From a virus (Duplodnaviria; Caudoviricetes): 64,000 bases of DNA. Below, one piece after another: positions 41,521 to 50,717 of the stretch; positions within the stretch are counted from its first letter, which is position 1; every line of letters starts with the position of its first letter. The stretch lies in IMG/VR virus record IMGVR_UViG_3300021958_000024. The stretch is one strand, 5' to 3'. A program made the translations under genes and the position numbers. Below the pieces are notes generated by a model. The model was not told where the DNA came from. It worked only from the letters and a program-made list of their open reading frames with translations, and made no database searches.

Positions 41521-41598
41521 ATGGAAATCATCGCAACCTTCGCACTACTCGGTTCTGCTATCTTCGGAGCATATAAACTAACGCCAAAAGTTAAATAA
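41521..41598 (+). CDS. 25-aa hydrophobic membrane peptide
   Basis: MEIIATFALLGSAIFGAYKLTPKVK*; single TM segment with basic tail. Confidence 0.5.
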   Translation: MEIIATFALLGSAIFGAYKLTPKVK

Positions 41599-41629
41599 AT
41601 AAAACTGAATATCTTTGGCGCTATGCCAC

Positions 41630-41682
41630 GGGAGGTAACTGGCAAAATCCAGTTGACACCTCCCATTTTTTTGTGCTAAAAT
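41630..41682 (+). promoter_or_regulatory. Terminator hairpin overlapping a sigma70 promoter for the gp43 operon
   Basis: GGGAGGTAACTGG-CAAAAT-CCAGTTGACACCTCCC plus T run; TTGACA(41653)-N18-TAAAAT. Confidence 0.75.
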
Positions 41683-41701
41683 CCTTAGGTAAGGATAATG
41701 A

Positions 41702-42061
41702 TTGACTATGGCTATCAAACTATGTGCAATGCGGTCTGGTGAAAAAGTGATTGCCAATGTTATGGACATGATTAGTCAAGACGGTGTGCTTGTCGGGTAT
41801 AACCTAGACAGACCTTTTTTGGTTATGTTTTCTCAAAAGAAACCTACTGATGAAGAGGTAACAGAGACTGAGTTTAAGATTGGAATCACCCCTTGGATTC
41901 CTCTCACCCGAGATAGGATTATTTCAGTTCCTTTGGACGAAATCATTACGCAAGTAAATCCTATTGAAAATCTATTAAATATTTACGAAAAAGGAGTGTA
42001 TGGAAATGGAAATCAAACTTTTGGTCTTGATGAACAATCAAGTTCTGATATCCCAAATTGA
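41702..42061 (+). CDS. Conserved hypothetical protein (Sm-like)
   Basis: IKLCAMRSGEKVIA...PWIPL. Confidence 0.7.
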   Translation: MTMAIKLCAMRSGEKVIANVMDMISQDGVLVGYNLDRPFLVMFSQKKPTDEEVTETEFKIGITPWIPLTRDRIISVPLDEIITQVNPIENLLNIYEKGVYGNGNQTFGLDEQSSSDIPN

Positions 42062-42260
42062 AGAGGTTGGGGCAGGTATTGGTGAACCCGATTGTAAACT
42101 GATTGAACCATTTCTTTTGGATAAAAATGATTTGACCTTGAGTCCGTGGTTGATTGATTTTACAACAACAAATGAATATAAAATTCATTCAGATAAAATC
42201 CTAACAATGGCAGATCCAAAACCAACGATTTTAGAAAAATACCAAAACCTTATTAAATGA
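42000..42260 (+). CDS. Conserved hypothetical protein
   Basis: IGEPDCKLIEPF...PW...SDKILTMADP. Confidence 0.7.
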   Translation: MEMEIKLLVLMNNQVLISQIEEVGAGIGEPDCKLIEPFLLDKNDLTLSPWLIDFTTTNEYKIHSDKILTMADPKPTILEKYQNLIK

Positions 42261-44752
42261 AGTTCTATACCAACGTTCAAATGATCGGCAACAAGTTTCT
42301 TGTTCGCGGATATGAAAACGGAAATCATGTTATGTTTAAAGAGGAGTATTTTCCTACTCTTTATATCAAGTCTAATAAAGAATCAAAATATAAAACTCTT
42401 GAAGGTGAATATGTTGAACCTGTTAACCCAGGGACAGTAAAAGATTGTAGAGAATTTTATTCTAAGTATGAAAATGTTGATGCATTTAAGATCTATGGTA
42501 ATGATAGATATATCTATCAGTATATCTCAGACAAATATCCAGAAGACGAAATCAAGTTTGACATTACCAAAATTAAACTTGTGACTTTGGATATTGAGGT
42601 AGGATCTGAGAATGGGTTTCCAGATCCTAAGGTTGCAGACCAAGAGATTCTTTTGATTACGATTCAAGACTATGCAACAAAACAAATCACTACATGGGGT
42701 AATGGTAAGTTTGATAATAAACAAAAGAATGTATCTTATCGACAGTTTAACAATGAGTATGATCTTCTAAATGATTTTCTTTCTGTTTGGGAAAATTCTA
42801 CTCCAGAAGTAATCACTGGATGGAATGTTCAGTTTTTCGATATCCCATTCATTTACTCTAGACTTGAAAAAGTTCTTGGAGAAAAGAGGGCAAAGGCATT
42901 TTCTCCTTGGGGTCTGGTTAGTCGAAGAGAAGTCTTTATCAATAACAGGCAAAATATTGCCATGGATGTTGGTGGAATCACTCAACTAGATTATCTTGAT
43001 CTTTATAAAAAGTTTACCTATAAAGCACAGGAATCATATCGTCTTGACCATATTGCTAGTGTAGAACTTGGTGCTAAGAAACTAGATCACTCTGAGTTTG
43101 ATACGTTTCAAGATTTCTATACTAATGGGTGGCAAAAGTTTGTAGAGTATAACATCGTTGACGTGGAACTTGTTGACCGTCTGGAAGACACGATGAAACT
43201 TATTGAACTTGCACTAACTATGGCATATGATGCCAAGGTTAACTTTGGAGATGTATTTTATCAGGTTCGTATGTGGGATAGTATTATCTACAACTACCTG
43301 AAGAAGCGTAACGTTGTTATTCCACCTAAAGATAAGTCTCACAAAGACGGGAAATATGCTGGAGCATATGTAAAAGAACCAGTTCCTGGAATCTATGATT
43401 GGATTGTTAACTTTGACTTAAACTCTCTATATCCGCATTTGATTATGCAATCAAATATTAGTCCAGAGACTTTGGTTGAAGAGAGGTGTCCTTGTGTATC
43501 TGTTGAAAAGATTTTAAAAAAGGAGGTTGATTTAACACCATACAATAAGTATGCGGTATGTCCTAATGGTGCAATGTACCGTAAAGATTATAAAGGTGTT
43601 CTTCCTGAACTAATGGAGAAGATGTATGGAGACCGTGTTATCTTCAAAAAGAAAATGCTTGCCGCAAAGCAGGAGTACGAGAAGACTCCTACTAAAGCAC
43701 TTGAAAAGGAGATCGCCAGATGTAACAACATTCAAATGGCGAAAAAGATTTCTCTTAACTCTGCTTATGGTGCTATTGGTAATCAATACTTCAGGTATTA
43801 CAAACTAGCAAATGCAGAAGCTATTACTCTTTCTGGGCAAGTTGCGATTCGCTGGATTGAAGATAAAATCAACAAGTATATGAATCGTGTATTAAAAACT
43901 GAGGATATTGATTATGTTATTGCTTCTGATACTGATTCTATCTATATCCATATGGATCCTTTGGTTGAACGTGTATACGCCACAAGAGAGAAAACTACTC
44001 AAAGCATTGTCAACTTCCTTGATAAGGTCGCTAAGGTGGAACTTGAAAAATATATTGAAAGTTCTTACCAAGAACTGGCGCAATACATGAATGCTTATGA
44101 GCAGAAAATGCAGATGAAACGTGAAAATATTGCTGATCGTGCTATCTGGACAGCAAAGAAGCGTTATATCATGAATGTTTGGGATAGTGAAGGTGTTCGA
44201 TATACTGAACCTAAACTTAAGATGATGGGAATCGAAGCAGTAAAATCATCAACACCTGCACCTTGTAGGAAGATGATTAAGGATGCACTTAAACTAATGA
44301 TGAGTGGTACTGAAGATGATGTGATTCAGTTTATTGCTAAATGTAGAAAAGAGTTTAATAGTCTTTCTCCAGAAGAGATTTCTTTTCCTCGATCTGCTTC
44401 CGATGTAGTAAAGTGGAAATCATCTTTTCAAATCTATCAGAAAGGAACTCCTATTCATGTGAGGGGAGCACTATTATTCAATCATCACATTGAAAAGAAT
44501 GGATTGACTAAGAAGTATTCTTTGATTCAAAATGGAGAAAAGATTAAGTTCTGTTATTTGAAAAAACCTAATCCATTGTTTGAAAATGTTATTTCATTTA
44601 TTCAAGATTTCCCTAAAGAACTTGGTATAACTAGGTATGTAGATTACGATTTGCAGTTTGAGAAAGGATTTTTGGAACCAGTTAAAGTTATTTTAAATAC
44701 CATTGGTTGGCAGTCTGAAAAGAAATCTTCTCTTGCATCTTTCTTTGGGTAG
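42257..44752 (+). CDS. gp43: Family B DNA polymerase gp43
   Basis: Exonuclease DIE, GWNVQFFD; polymerase FDLNSLYP, KISLNSAYG, SDTDS; uninterrupted. Confidence 0.98.
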   Translation: MKFYTNVQMIGNKFLVRGYENGNHVMFKEEYFPTLYIKSNKESKYKTLEGEYVEPVNPGTVKDCREFYSKYENVDAFKIYGNDRYIYQYISDKYPEDEIKFDITKIKLVTLDIEVGSENGFPDPKVADQEILLITIQDYATKQITTWGNGKFDNKQKNVSYRQFNNEYDLLNDFLSVWENSTPEVITGWNVQFFDIPFIYSRLEKVLGEKRAKAFSPWGLVSRREVFINNRQNIAMDVGGITQLDYLDLYKKFTYKAQESYRLDHIASVELGAKKLDHSEFDTFQDFYTNGWQKFVEYNIVDVELVDRLEDTMKLIELALTMAYDAKVNFGDVFYQVRMWDSIIYNYLKKRNVVIPPKDKSHKDGKYAGAYVKEPVPGIYDWIVNFDLNSLYPHLIMQSNISPETLVEERCPCVSVEKILKKEVDLTPYNKYAVCPNGAMYRKDYKGVLPELMEKMYGDRVIFKKKMLAAKQEYEKTPTKALEKEIARCNNIQMAKKISLNSAYGAIGNQYFRYYKLANAEAITLSGQVAIRWIEDKINKYMNRVLKTEDIDYVIASDTDSIYIHMDPLVERVYATREKTTQSIVNFLDKVAKVELEKYIESSYQELAQYMNAYEQKMQMKRENIADRAIWTAKKRYIMNVWDSEGVRYTEPKLKMMGIEAVKSSTPAPCRKMIKDALKLMMSGTEDDVIQFIAKCRKEFNSLSPEEISFPRSASDVVKWKSSFQIYQKGTPIHVRGALLFNHHIEKNGLTKKYSLIQNGEKIKFCYLKKPNPLFENVISFIQDFPKELGITRYVDYDLQFEKGFLEPVKVILNTIGWQSEKKSSLASFFG

Positions 44753-44759
44753 TAGTATA

Positions 44760-44924
44760 ATGCATTTAAAACTGAATAATGATGAGATTGGATTATTGCT
44801 TAGTGTTTTGAGTCGTCGCTATACAGATCCAAATGTTCATAGTGACGAAGATATCAAACACTTGTATAATAAAATATGGTCTTGGAACATAAACATTAGA
44901 GGAAAAGAAGATGGATTTTCTTAA
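44760..44924 (+). CDS. Small hypothetical protein
   Basis: MHLKLNNDEIGLLLSVL...LYNKIW; fills the gap between gp43 and uvsX. Confidence 0.5.
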   Translation: MHLKLNNDEIGLLLSVLSRRYTDPNVHSDEDIKHLYNKIWSWNINIRGKEDGFS

Positions 44925-45915
44925 AGATATTGTTAAAGAAATCGGTGATGACTTCACTAAACTAGCATCAGACATTGATGAAACTGAAACTTATGTTGAC
45001 ACAGGTTCGTACATTTTTAATGGACTTTGTTCGGGTAGTTTATTTGGGGGTGTATCTGGCAATAAGATTACTGCTATTGCTGGAGAGTCTTCTACTGGAA
45101 AGACTTTCTTCTCTCTCGCTGTGGTTAAGAATTTTCTTGATACTAACCCCGATGGTTATTGTCTCTACTTTGATACTGAGGCTGCCATTACAAAGTCATT
45201 ATTAGAGTCACGAGGAGTTGATACATCAAGACTTGTTGTAGTCAATGTTGTTACTGTTGAAGAGTTTCGTAGCAAGGCACTCAAAGCAGTGGACATGTAT
45301 ATGAAAAAACCTGAAGATGAACGCAAACCCTGTATGTTTGTGTTAGACTCTCTAGGTATGCTCTCTACAGAGAAAGAGATTAACGACGCACTCAACGACA
45401 AACAAGTTCGGGACATGACCAAATCTCAACTTATCAAAGGTGCGTTCCGTATGCTCACTCTCAAGTTAGGTCAAGCAAACATTCCTATGATTGTCACTAA
45501 CCACACCTACGATGTCATTGGCGCTTACGTTCCTACTAAAGAGATGGGTGGTGGTTCTGGTCTTAAGTATGCTGCCAGTACCATCATTCATCTTAGCAAA
45601 AAGAAGGAGAAAGATGGAACAGAAATTGTCGGAAACATTATCAAGGCAAAGACTGCTAAGTCGCGTTTAAGCAAGGAGAACAAAAATGTGGAGATACGTT
45701 TGTATTACGATGAGCGTGGTCTTGATCGTTATTATGGTCTTCTTGAACTCGGTGAGATTGGCGGTCTCTGGAAAAACGTCGCAGGACGCTATGAAATGGA
45801 CGGCAAAAAAATCTATGCTAAACAAATACTCAAAGACCCAGAAGTTTATTTCACACCAGAAGTAATGCAAAAACTGGATGAGATTGCTAAATCGGAGTTT
45901 AGTTATGGAAGCTAA
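44911..45915 (+). CDS. uvsX: RecA-like recombinase UvsX
   Basis: AGESSTGKT, FDTE, LDSLGML, MGGGSGLKYAAS. Confidence 0.95.
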   Translation: MDFLKDIVKEIGDDFTKLASDIDETETYVDTGSYIFNGLCSGSLFGGVSGNKITAIAGESSTGKTFFSLAVVKNFLDTNPDGYCLYFDTEAAITKSLLESRGVDTSRLVVVNVVTVEEFRSKALKAVDMYMKKPEDERKPCMFVLDSLGMLSTEKEINDALNDKQVRDMTKSQLIKGAFRMLTLKLGQANIPMIVTNHTYDVIGAYVPTKEMGGGSGLKYAASTIIHLSKKKEKDGTEIVGNIIKAKTAKSRLSKENKNVEIRLYYDERGLDRYYGLLELGEIGGLWKNVAGRYEMDGKKIYAKQILKDPEVYFTPEVMQKLDEIAKSEFSYGS

Positions 45916-46450
45916 ACTTTCTGATTTAGTCTATGTTTTTGATGATGCGTTAGAAAAATCAGTTTGTGATAATCTAATGAAGATTTTTGAAAATGAATCG
46001 AATCATGAAAACATCAGTCAACCAGGAGTCAACTTTGATCAAATAACGTTATTCAATGATAGTGGTGGACATTCCAAAGAATACTATGATGTTTTATTTG
46101 CACTGCGAAAGTTTAAAGATATCTATCTTACCAGAGTTGGTCCAAACTATTTTCCTACATCATATTCTTATGAAGAAGTTAGAATCAAAAGATATCAAAA
46201 TAATGGAAAGCAACTATTTGATACGCATGTTGATGTAGTTGATCATCAAACCTCCAAAAGATTTCTTGCTTTTCTTTTTTACTTGAATGACGTTGATGAC
46301 GGAGGTGAAACTGTCTTTGACTTTGGGCATGTGAATGCAAAGTGTGGTAGACTGTTGATGTTCCCACCATTATGGATGTACCCTCACAAGGGTTCTGCTC
46401 CGATTAGCGGAGAAAAATATATCATGAGTTCTTATTTGCATTACAACTAA
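45905..46450 (+). CDS. 2OG-Fe(II) oxygenase (prolyl-4-hydroxylase-like)
   Basis: HVD, YLNDVDDGGET.F, FPPLWMYPHKG, KYI. Confidence 0.88.
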   Translation: MEAKLSDLVYVFDDALEKSVCDNLMKIFENESNHENISQPGVNFDQITLFNDSGGHSKEYYDVLFALRKFKDIYLTRVGPNYFPTSYSYEEVRIKRYQNNGKQLFDTHVDVVDHQTSKRFLAFLFYLNDVDDGGETVFDFGHVNAKCGRLLMFPPLWMYPHKGSAPISGEKYIMSSYLHYN

Positions 46451-47836
46451 ATGGATAACGTTGAGTTTTTGGTTCTGAAAAATCTATTGAATAATAATGA
46501 ATATGTGAGGAAAGTCCTACCCTTTATCAAAAAAGAATATTTTGAAGATGGGGATAATGCTAAAGTATTTCAAGAGATTTCTGATTTCATTACTAAATAC
46601 AATCAACAACCAACAAAAGAGATTGTAGTTATTGAATGTGAAAAGAGAACTGATATAACAGAAGAGCAATATCGAAAGATTGTTAAGATCATTGAGAATC
46701 TTGACTATATACCAGTAGATGATGATTGGTTGATTCACACTACTGAAAAGTGGTGTAGAGATCGTGCCATTTATCTTGCTCTAACGGAATCTATTTCTCT
46801 TGCAGATGATTCTGATGAGAAGAAAAATAGAGATGCTATTCCAGGCATTTTATCGGATGCTTTAGCAGTAAGTTTTGATAACCATATCGGACACGATTAT
46901 ATTCTTGATGCTGAAGGTAGATTTGAGTATTATCGCAAAAGGGAGGATCGCATTGAATTTGACCTCGAATATTTTAACAAAATCACAAAAGGTGGTTTGC
47001 CTAATAAGACTCTCAACGTCGCGCTTGCTGGTACTGGTGTCGGCAAGTCTTTATTCATGTGCCACGTTGCTAGCTCCTTGTTGTTGTCAGGACGGAATGT
47101 ACTCTACATTACGTTGGAAATGGCGGAAGAACGAATTGCTGAAAGGATTGACGCAAATCTCTTAAATGTAAATATTAAAGATATTAGTGAACTTCCTAAG
47201 TCAACGTTTGAAAGTAAGATGAGTAAAATTGAAAAGAAGACTTCAGGTAAGTTAATCATCAAAGAATACCCTACGGCATCTGCTCATGCTGAACACTTTA
47301 AGTCACTTCTTAGCGAACTTGCACTTAAGAAGTCATTTAGACCTGATGTTATTTTCATTGATTACCTTAATATATGTGCTTCCTCCCGCTATCGCGGAAA
47401 TAGCACTGTCAATTCATATTCTTATATCAAGTCTATTGCTGAAGAGCTTCGAGGGTTGGCTGTTGAGGCAAACGTCCCTATCGTATCTGCCACCCAGACC
47501 ACTCGCTCTGGTTTTGGTAGCTCTGATGTTGACCTTACTGACACTTCTGAGTCCTTTGGTCTCCCTGCTACTGCTGATTTTATGTTTGCCCTTATTAGCA
47601 CTGAGGAACTTGAACAGATTGGACAGATAATGGTGAAGCAATTGAAGAATAGGTATAATGATACTTTAGTCAATAAGAGATTTGTGATTGGGATTGATCG
47701 AGCAAAAATGAGATTGTTTGATGTTGAACAATCTGCACAAAAAGATATTCTTGACAATAGCAAGAGTAAGGGTTATGATGACGATGATGATGACCCACCA
47801 GCATCACTTAATAAATTTGGAGGATTTAGATTTTGA
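46451..47836 (+). CDS. gp41: Replicative helicase gp41
   Basis: AGTGVGKS, ITLEMAE, IDYLNI, SESFGLPATAD, QLKNRY. Confidence 0.96.
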   Translation: MDNVEFLVLKNLLNNNEYVRKVLPFIKKEYFEDGDNAKVFQEISDFITKYNQQPTKEIVVIECEKRTDITEEQYRKIVKIIENLDYIPVDDDWLIHTTEKWCRDRAIYLALTESISLADDSDEKKNRDAIPGILSDALAVSFDNHIGHDYILDAEGRFEYYRKREDRIEFDLEYFNKITKGGLPNKTLNVALAGTGVGKSLFMCHVASSLLLSGRNVLYITLEMAEERIAERIDANLLNVNIKDISELPKSTFESKMSKIEKKTSGKLIIKEYPTASAHAEHFKSLLSELALKKSFRPDVIFIDYLNICASSRYRGNSTVNSYSYIKSIAEELRGLAVEANVPIVSATQTTRSGFGSSDVDLTDTSESFGLPATADFMFALISTEELEQIGQIMVKQLKNRYNDTLVNKRFVIGIDRAKMRLFDVEQSAQKDILDNSKSKGYDDDDDDPPASLNKFGGFRF

Positions 47837-48240
47837 GTACAGTTGATACTAAAAAGTATGTGGAGTTTGTAGATGCAGTAACATCTAAAGAAAGTAAAAA
47901 CTACTCTGACTTTGCTGCAAGAATCTTTGAACTTGAAAAAGAAAACTTTCCTACCGAGCGACTGCTTACCGCTGCTGTAGGAATGTCTGCTGAAGCAGGT
48001 GAGTTTACAGAGATTATCAAAAAGATTATTTTCCAAGGAAAACCTGTTAATGAAGAGAACCTTTTCCACCTCAAACGCGAACTAGGTGACATCATGTGGT
48101 ATGTTGCTCAAGCATGTATTGGTCTCAATATCTCTCTTGATGAAGTTATGGAGATGAATGTTGAAAAACTAGTAGCACGTTATCCTGGCGGAGAGTTTGA
48201 TGTACACTATTCTGAAAATCGTAAAGAAGGAGATCTGTAA
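47833..48240 (+). CDS. mazG: MazG-like NTP pyrophosphohydrolase
   Basis: GMSAEAGEFTEIIKK, ELGDIMWY, NVEKLVARYP. Confidence 0.9.
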   Translation: MSTVDTKKYVEFVDAVTSKESKNYSDFAARIFELEKENFPTERLLTAAVGMSAEAGEFTEIIKKIIFQGKPVNEENLFHLKRELGDIMWYVAQACIGLNISLDEVMEMNVEKLVARYPGGEFDVHYSENRKEGDL

Positions 48241-48752
48241 TGTCTGTAATATCAAAGAAAAAAGCAACAGTAGATCAACTTAAAGAAAAGTATCCATCTT
48301 TTGAAGAAGAGTTTAATAAGTCTTGGAGAAGAATTGTTCGTAGAGCACTTTCTGACCAAGTTATTAAAAATCCAAATAGTAGGACCTTAAGAGGAATTAA
48401 AGAGATTGTAAAAAATCATTTTTCTATTCTTCTTGATGATGATGAACTGCTAAAGGTTGTTAGTATGATTTCACAAAGATTTATCAGTAGAAAAACTTCC
48501 CCTGAGTGGAATGAATGGAGAGATAGTCTTCCTAAAATTTTTCCAAAAAAGTCTGTTGGAAAACTTTCTTATCTTTTGGATGAAGACGGAGTTCCTGAAA
48601 GTGTATCTATGATTGAAGAAAAAGAAACTAAAATTAAAGAAAAATGTGCTGTGGTTATTATTATTGATAATAATTTCAAAGCAGAATATGCTAATGTTCC
48701 CTCAGAAATTGCATTAACTATTAATGCAGAACTTTCTAAAGCACTATCGTAA
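48240..48752 (+). CDS. Hypothetical protein (apparent insertion)
   Basis: 170-aa ORF flanked by a duplicated mazG 3' end. Confidence 0.65.
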   Translation: MSVISKKKATVDQLKEKYPSFEEEFNKSWRRIVRRALSDQVIKNPNSRTLRGIKEIVKNHFSILLDDDELLKVVSMISQRFISRKTSPEWNEWRDSLPKIFPKKSVGKLSYLLDEDGVPESVSMIEEKETKIKEKCAVVIIIDNNFKAEYANVPSEIALTINAELSKALS

Positions 48753-48764
48753 GGAAGGAGATCT

Positions 48765-48923
48765 ATGACAACAAGACAATTTGTAACTAAGTCAGGTGAT
48801 ACTTGGGAGTGGGAAGAAACTCCCGAGACCATTGAAGCACTCAAGAAACTCAATGAGACTGAACGGAGAAATCGGTTCAGTGAACTCGAACTAAAAGCAC
48901 CTGACTATGGAGTTGGTAAATGA
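48765..48923 (+). CDS. Small hypothetical protein
   Basis: MTTRQFVTKSGDTWEWEETPETIEALKKL...*; AAGGAG SD. Confidence 0.65.
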   Translation: MTTRQFVTKSGDTWEWEETPETIEALKKLNETERRNRFSELELKAPDYGVGK

Positions 48924-49120
48924 AGACTCTTACAGTAGATGACTACAAAGCAGCAGGTGAAACATTCTGGCCAAAGTATTGGTATGTTGCCAAAGAATTG
49001 GGCGAAGATGCTAAACCAGAGGATATTCTCAAGGTGATGGAAGCAGTCGGTGGTGTTGCTCTCAAACTTAAACTTGAAGAGGCAGTAGCACCATTTGGAT
49101 TTAATAAAAAAACTGAATAA
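48920..49120 (+). CDS. Conserved hypothetical protein
   Basis: ATGA overlap; FWPKYWYVAKELGE. Confidence 0.65.
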   Translation: MKTLTVDDYKAAGETFWPKYWYVAKELGEDAKPEDILKVMEAVGGVALKLKLEEAVAPFGFNKKTE

Positions 49121-49127
49121 CAAATAT

Positions 49128-49150
49128 AGACTCCAAAGGAGTCTTTTTTT
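49128..49150 (+). terminator. Rho-independent terminator abutting a TATAAATA late promoter
   Basis: AGACTCC-AAA-GGAGTCT plus T run. Confidence 0.8.
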
Positions 49151-49185
49151 ATAAATATTTTTATGTAAAAGTATCTTGTAACAAA

Positions 49186-50286
49186 ATGGACACGGCAAGT
49201 CTTAATGAACTAATGGAAGCATTTAATGCTATCTATGATGAGGAAGTACGCGAAGAATATCTTGAAGAAGATTATGCTTTCTTAGACGATTTTAATGATG
49301 AAGAGATTGAAGAAATCGTAGAAGAAGTTATCTATGATCTTCTTGATGAAGGTTATGAGGTAGAAGAACTAAAAGACATTTTTGAAGAGACCTTCCTGAC
49401 AGAAGCAAGAGTAACTACTGGAACTGGAAGTCTTAGAGCAGCAAAAGCGAGACAGGCTTCTAGAAAATCTGCCAGAAGAGAAGCAAGAAAAGAAAAGATC
49501 AAGAGTGCTGCAAAAGGAGTTCTTTCTGCTATCAAGAAAGGTGCTAAGAGAGTAGCAAAGAAAGTTGGCATTGGTGCTGAGAAAGCAAAGCAAGCAATGC
49601 AAGGTAGAGATAGATCTGCTGAAAGATCTACTAGAAGAGCAAAGTCAAAAATGAAGAGTGCTGCTGCGAAGAATATTCGCAAGGCAGTAACTGGTAAAGC
49701 AGCAGCACCTAAAGCAGTAGAGAAGAAAGTATCTAGAAAGGATGTAACTGGATCTACTGGTGTAGGCGCAGCAGGAACTATTCGTTCTAAGTCTTCAGGT
49801 GGATCTGGTGGTGGACCTTCAAGCAAAGGTAGAGCACTTCCTCCTAAAGGGGCAACTTCAAGAACTGATGCTGGCAATCTAAGAAAGTCAAGTCAAGTTA
49901 CTTTTGCACTCTCAAGAGCAGCAAAAGCAGGTAAGAAGAGAATGGAGAAACTAAACAATAGTTTCGATATGTTTGATGTTGTAGCTGACTTCCTAATCTC
50001 AGAAGATCTTGCTGATGATATTAATGAAGCAAACTGGATGATGGTAAATGAGGTTACTGCAGAGGATATTGAACAGATTGTTGAACTCTATGGACTTGAG
50101 GAACTATTTGGTCTAGGTAAAAAAAAAACTCCTAAACCAGTAGAGTATATGGGTAGATCTATGGAACCTGAAAAAAAGAAAGAATCTTCTTCTTTTACTG
50201 CAGACCGTAGATCACCTGAAAAAACAGTTCATGAGTTTGGTAAGAAGGGATATACTGCAAAGTATAAGACACGCGGAAAACTTTGA
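49186..50286 (+). CDS. Acidic/basic modular protein, putative capsid-internal polyprotein
   Basis: Alternating D/E-rich and K/R/A-rich blocks; late promoter upstream. Confidence 0.75.
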   Translation: MDTASLNELMEAFNAIYDEEVREEYLEEDYAFLDDFNDEEIEEIVEEVIYDLLDEGYEVEELKDIFEETFLTEARVTTGTGSLRAAKARQASRKSARREARKEKIKSAAKGVLSAIKKGAKRVAKKVGIGAEKAKQAMQGRDRSAERSTRRAKSKMKSAAAKNIRKAVTGKAAAPKAVEKKVSRKDVTGSTGVGAAGTIRSKSSGGSGGGPSSKGRALPPKGATSRTDAGNLRKSSQVTFALSRAAKAGKKRMEKLNNSFDMFDVVADFLISEDLADDINEANWMMVNEVTAEDIEQIVELYGLEELFGLGKKKTPKPVEYMGRSMEPEKKKESSSFTADRRSPEKTVHEFGKKGYTAKYKTRGKL

Positions 50287-50298
50287 TTATTAAGGCGG

Positions 50299-50706
50299 AT
50301 GCCAAGAAAAAGAGTTCGGGATCAGAAAAAATATAAGAGTAAAAATCCTTCTAGGATGGATACTCTTTTTGAAAGAATAGAATATCTTAGTGATCCCGAA
50401 GATATTATGGTTGAAATTATTGATGTTCTTAAAGATTTTGATGTTGCTCCAGACGTTGGAAACTACTATACTTTTATATACAACGCAAAAACCCCCAGAA
50501 AACTATATGATCAGCATCCATTAGTTGCTGTTCTTGCCGTTGATAACTGGGGGGTTGTTGGTCTAAACTTTCATTGGGTAGGTCTTGATGGAGCTGATGT
50601 AAGAAACTATACTTGGCCAGAAGTGGCAGGATATTTTCATAAAGTTTCAAATGAAGAAATAATGACTATGCGTAGCATAAAATATGCAAAGTTTTTGAGG
50701 AAATAA
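50299..50706 (+). CDS. gp2 (DNA end protector)-like protein
   Basis: GNYYTFIYNAKT...YDQHPLV...GLNFHW. Confidence 0.55.
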   Translation: MPRKRVRDQKKYKSKNPSRMDTLFERIEYLSDPEDIMVEIIDVLKDFDVAPDVGNYYTFIYNAKTPRKLYDQHPLVAVLAVDNWGVVGLNFHWVGLDGADVRNYTWPEVAGYFHKVSNEEIMTMRSIKYAKFLRK

Positions 50707-50717
50707 ATATATATATA

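Noticed and set aside
49353-49877. 174-aa minus-strand ORF and similar antisense ORFs throughout the track
   Set aside because: Shadows of low-complexity or biased-codon + strand genes; no SD, promoter or motifs
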